A stretch of 64,000 nucleotides of DNA, taken from positions 1 through 64,000 of the forward strand of contig CAZALK010000019.1 of the NCBI GenBank assembly GCA_964486045.1, written 5' to 3'. Positions 61,014 through 64,000 of this stretch are shown piece after piece; position 1 is the first letter of the stretch, and each line of letters begins with the position of its first letter. This DNA is from an uncultured archaeon. GTDB taxonomy: Archaea; Asgardarchaeota; Lokiarchaeia; Sigyniarchaeales; SOKP01. The notes under the pieces are model-generated. The model saw only the letters and a list, made by a program, of their open reading frames with translations, searched no databases and had not been told where the DNA came from. A program made the translations under genes and the position numbers.

Positions 61014-63470
61014 GTGATAAGGAGAAAAAAAAAAATGAAAAAACTTTCAAAGTATTTAGCTTTTTTCTTATTGATATCTTCGATAATCATGCCAGTTCTT
61101 CCGGCCATTGCTGCACCTGTAATTGCAGCACCGATTACGTTTAGAAGTTCATCTTCAGCACAGATTGTTACAGGAAACTGGGATCCATGGTCAACTGATG
61201 GATATAACATTCTAATGACATACCGTGCTTACGCTCTGGAATTTCCTATGTCGGGATATGCTGACTATTGGGGAGGTCTTAGACCAGGCATCCCAAAAGA
61301 GGATGAATGGTGGCCAATCCTCGCTACCAGTTGGGAAACAACATATCGAGTAGGAAGCAATAATTCATTGGGCTTCAATAACTCTGGTGGAAGAGAAGCA
61401 ATCACATTCTACCTCAGAGATGGAGTAAAATTCCATGATGGATCAGATTGGAATGCCAGTGTTATGAAATGGAATATCGATAGAGCGTATGTAATCTCAG
61501 GTAATTTGACCGGTAATGCAAATGGAATATACGATCAGAGAAATACAGCAAACATCTGGGATCCAGAATCAGATTGGTCTCAATATTACGACGAAAATTG
61601 GAATTTATCTGAATATGATGCCCCAGCTGCAACATCTGCTCCCTGGTCACCACCCGACCCAACTAGATATTCATATTACTATCTTAGCGATCCTGACGGA
61701 GTTAGCCCAATAATTGCTAACAATTCTAACCCATACGGAGGTTGGGATTCTGTTGCACTTAATTTTATACATTGGGCTCCATATGATCAGATTCCGATGG
61801 TCAGATGGGTAGAAATAATCGATCCTACCGGACCTGATGGGGTTTCAGGCGGAACAGTCAAAGTTCATTGGAACAGTTATAACACCTATGGAATGGAAGG
61901 AGCTGTATGGACTCAAATGATGTCAATGGCGGCTTATGAGGCTGATTATTCTGACACAGCTATTTATGGGTATGCCAACGGCAATGATTTGATTGGTACT
62001 GGACCGTATAAATATGTTGAACATGATGAATTAGCAGATCGAGGTGTAATGGTAAAATTTGAAGATTATTGGAACAGAACAGCCCTTGAAGCTGATGGTT
62101 GGTATGATGTCGAGCGATACGAGCTTGCTCAATTCGCACCAGGTGATTTAGGGAAAGATGCGCGAAATGCCGCATTGCTTACTCACGAGATAGATTATGC
62201 CTATGATTCAATGACAATGCCTATCGATTACGCTGCTGTAATGGCTGACCCTAACATTAACTATTTTGAAGATTACGTCTCAGAATATCAAACACAGATC
62301 ACATTGAATTCTATCAATGAAACATTTTGGGGTGGTGGAAAGAATATCGGCTGGCCTGATTGGTGGCTAACTAATTTTTCATATGTTGACCCTTATATTT
62401 TAAGTGTCTATTATGCCCAAGAGCAAGGAACCCCAAAAGCGCAAGGAATACCTATTGCCCTTCGCGAAGCACTTACGTATGCATTTGATTATGACACAAT
62501 GATAGATGTCGATTTGAGAGGTAGGGCAGTTCGAGGAACCGGCTTGGTAGGTGCAGCTAATATATTTAAAAATGATAGTATAAATCTACCAACAACGAAT
62601 CTCACCCATGCCCGACTAGCTTTACTTAACCAAAATGGCTCAGATCCACGTTCATTAACGCATGAATGGTGGCCTATTAATTTTACAAAACGTTTGGAAG
62701 ATGAAGGGTTGACCATCGCAAGTTCTGACACAGCCTGGAAAGCCACTGCAGCCTCGAATCCTATATTTACAGTTAACTTTTACTGGGATCAACAACATCA
62801 AGAGTTAGCAGATCAATTCGAATTGGCTTGTAATCTGCTTGGAGTCGCTATAGTACAAGACGCAGATAATAAGGTTCCAGCCGGTACCAGTATTTGGAGT
62901 CACGCAGTGAGTTCTTATTGGACGAAAACTCTCGATGGAGTATCTTCGATTTGGTCGGCATCGGCTTGGGTTATGGATTATCACATGCCTATGACTATTC
63001 CAGAAGGATGGATCGCTGCAAATTATGGAGATCCCAATAAAGGGTCTTGGCGCAATTGGCCAGGGACTGTAACAGAATGGTGGCCAACATGGAACTTCGG
63101 ATTTTCCTATGATACGGATATTGATAACTGGTTAGCTGTTATGTACATGTCAGAACCAATTCGTAAGAAAGAATATATCGGTAAGATCGCTAACAAAGAG
63201 CAGAACGAGTTATTTCCGATGATCTATGCGTACCAGACTAAAGGTGGAGAAGCCATGTGGGCTAACTGGGATACGTGGTGGGTACTTGATAGGGATAATA
63301 GACCTGCTGGTCACTGGGGAGGTATCTCAGCGCAATTCCTGAGTTACACTCCAGGTGCTGGTGAGTTTCCTCTAATTCCAGGCGCTCCATTACTTCTTAC
63401 ATTGACATTTACTGCAGCTTCGATGCTTGGTATTATCTATACTATAATGAGAAAAAAGAAACGTAATTAG
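61014..63470 (+). CDS. oppA: family 5 (Opp/Dpp) solute-binding protein with C-terminal IPG-TM-basic sorting tail (probable start 61035)
   Basis: Signal peptide, PILATSW, LRDGVKFHDGS, IGTGPY, LREALTYAFD; ends IPGAP-hydrophobic-RKKKRN. Confidence 0.88.
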   Translation: MIRRKKKMKKLSKYLAFFLLISSIIMPVLPAIAAPVIAAPITFRSSSSAQIVTGNWDPWSTDGYNILMTYRAYALEFPMSGYADYWGGLRPGIPKEDEWWPILATSWETTYRVGSNNSLGFNNSGGREAITFYLRDGVKFHDGSDWNASVMKWNIDRAYVISGNLTGNANGIYDQRNTANIWDPESDWSQYYDENWNLSEYDAPAATSAPWSPPDPTRYSYYYLSDPDGVSPIIANNSNPYGGWDSVALNFIHWAPYDQIPMVRWVEIIDPTGPDGVSGGTVKVHWNSYNTYGMEGAVWTQMMSMAAYEADYSDTAIYGYANGNDLIGTGPYKYVEHDELADRGVMVKFEDYWNRTALEADGWYDVERYELAQFAPGDLGKDARNAALLTHEIDYAYDSMTMPIDYAAVMADPNINYFEDYVSEYQTQITLNSINETFWGGGKNIGWPDWWLTNFSYVDPYILSVYYAQEQGTPKAQGIPIALREALTYAFDYDTMIDVDLRGRAVRGTGLVGAANIFKNDSINLPTTNLTHARLALLNQNGSDPRSLTHEWWPINFTKRLEDEGLTIASSDTAWKATAASNPIFTVNFYWDQQHQELADQFELACNLLGVAIVQDADNKVPAGTSIWSHAVSSYWTKTLDGVSSIWSASAWVMDYHMPMTIPEGWIAANYGDPNKGSWRNWPGTVTEWWPTWNFGFSYDTDIDNWLAVMYMSEPIRKKEYIGKIANKEQNELFPMIYAYQTKGGEAMWANWDTWWVLDRDNRPAGHWGGISAQFLSYTPGAGEFPLIPGAPLLLTLTFTAASMLGIIYTIMRKKKRN

Positions 63471-63505
63471 TAATTTAAAGGCAAAACAATTTTAAAATTA
63501 AATTT

Positions 63506-63530
63506 TATCTTTTTTTTTTTACTTTTTTTT
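63506..63530 (+). terminator. poly-T archaeal-type terminator
   Basis: Long T-tracts ~40 nt after the oppA stop. Confidence 0.5.
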
Positions 63531-63696
63531 GAAGGACTCTGAAATCTCAAGCTTTAATTTGTTGTGTAATAAACTAAAGATGTAGGATTTAGACCATTGA
63601 TGGTGTGTGATATGTTAAAACATTTACAAAAATAGTTAATATATTTATGTTAATAAATTCTATTCCCTTGTGGTTTTATTCTAAAGATAAAATCAA

Positions 63697-63999
63697 TTAT
63701 ATCACTTTTTTCGCTAGCACGAATTGTTTAGTTTTCATTCCACAAACTGCTCCAGAAATAGCTACACCAAATATAATTATTATATCCAAATACCCCTCGA
63801 TACGGGTAAATTTTAGGATAATAGGTTCGCTACTAAATCCAAACATTATCGCATAGAATATGAATCCTTCTGCGATAACTAAGGGTACTAACCAAATTGA
63901 AGCTTTAATTCCATAGTGAGGAATATCTTCTTTATAAGTCAATAAAAAGCACACAAAAAATAACAATAAGGCAGGTAGAAAGAAGTTTCTAATATAGGT
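63697..63999 (-). CDS. membrane protein, partial (runs off the window end)
   Basis: Frame is open from 63999; hydrophobic helices. Confidence 0.65.
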   Translation of the reverse strand, partial: TYIRNFFLPALLLFFVCFLLTYKEDIPHYGIKASIWLVPLVIAEGFIFYAIMFGFSSEPIILKFTRIEGYLDIIIIFGVAISGAVCGMKTKQFVLAKKVI

Positions 64000-64000
64000 G

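Noticed and set aside
4908-63856. Short track ORFs overlapping or antisense to larger genes (e.g. 4908-5114, 5150-5389, 6800-7201, 9860-10252, 29776-30111, 45140-45514, 55366-55716, 61462-62746, 63647-63856)
   Set aside because: Shadow frames of well-supported genes with no motifs. The similarity of 5150-5389 and 5810-6043 merely reflects the Rab duplication.
1-64000. CRISPR arrays, tRNA/rRNA genes, transposases or integrases
   Set aside because: No regularly spaced repeats, cloverleaf-like GC-rich segments or recombinase motifs seen. A tRNAscan-SE/Infernal run would be needed to exclude small RNAs.

Overview
AT-rich archaeal contig segment. Gene content points to an Asgard archaeon of the Lokiarchaeia/Promethearchaeota type (inference): four Rab-like small GTPases, longin-fused proteins, a C4C4 RING membrane protein, HEAT/LRR/TPR proteins and a solute-binding protein with an IPG-TM-basic tail. 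The first ~43 nt are Illumina P5 adapter read-through. Metabolic genes: methylmalonyl-CoA mutase, TfrAB, a 2-oxoacid:ferredoxin oxidoreductase operon, 4-hydroxybutyryl-CoA dehydratase, a homocitrate-synthase-like enzyme, three tandem ThDP enzymes followed by acyl-CoA dehydrogenase and crotonase, PyrG, and a peptide ABC transporter. I saw no rRNA, tRNA, CRISPR array or transposase. Best candidates for new biology: (1) a multi-winged-helix/TPR regulator divergent from small ORFs that share a peptide motif and a gaplessly duplicated promoter; (2) a circularly permuted PorB; (3) OppD/OppF ATPases fused to large repeat-built membrane domains; (4) an in-frame TGA at a zinc-ligand Cys of a RING domain; (5) a protein with three exact 148-aa repeats. 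All family calls come from motif recognition by eye; no database search was run.
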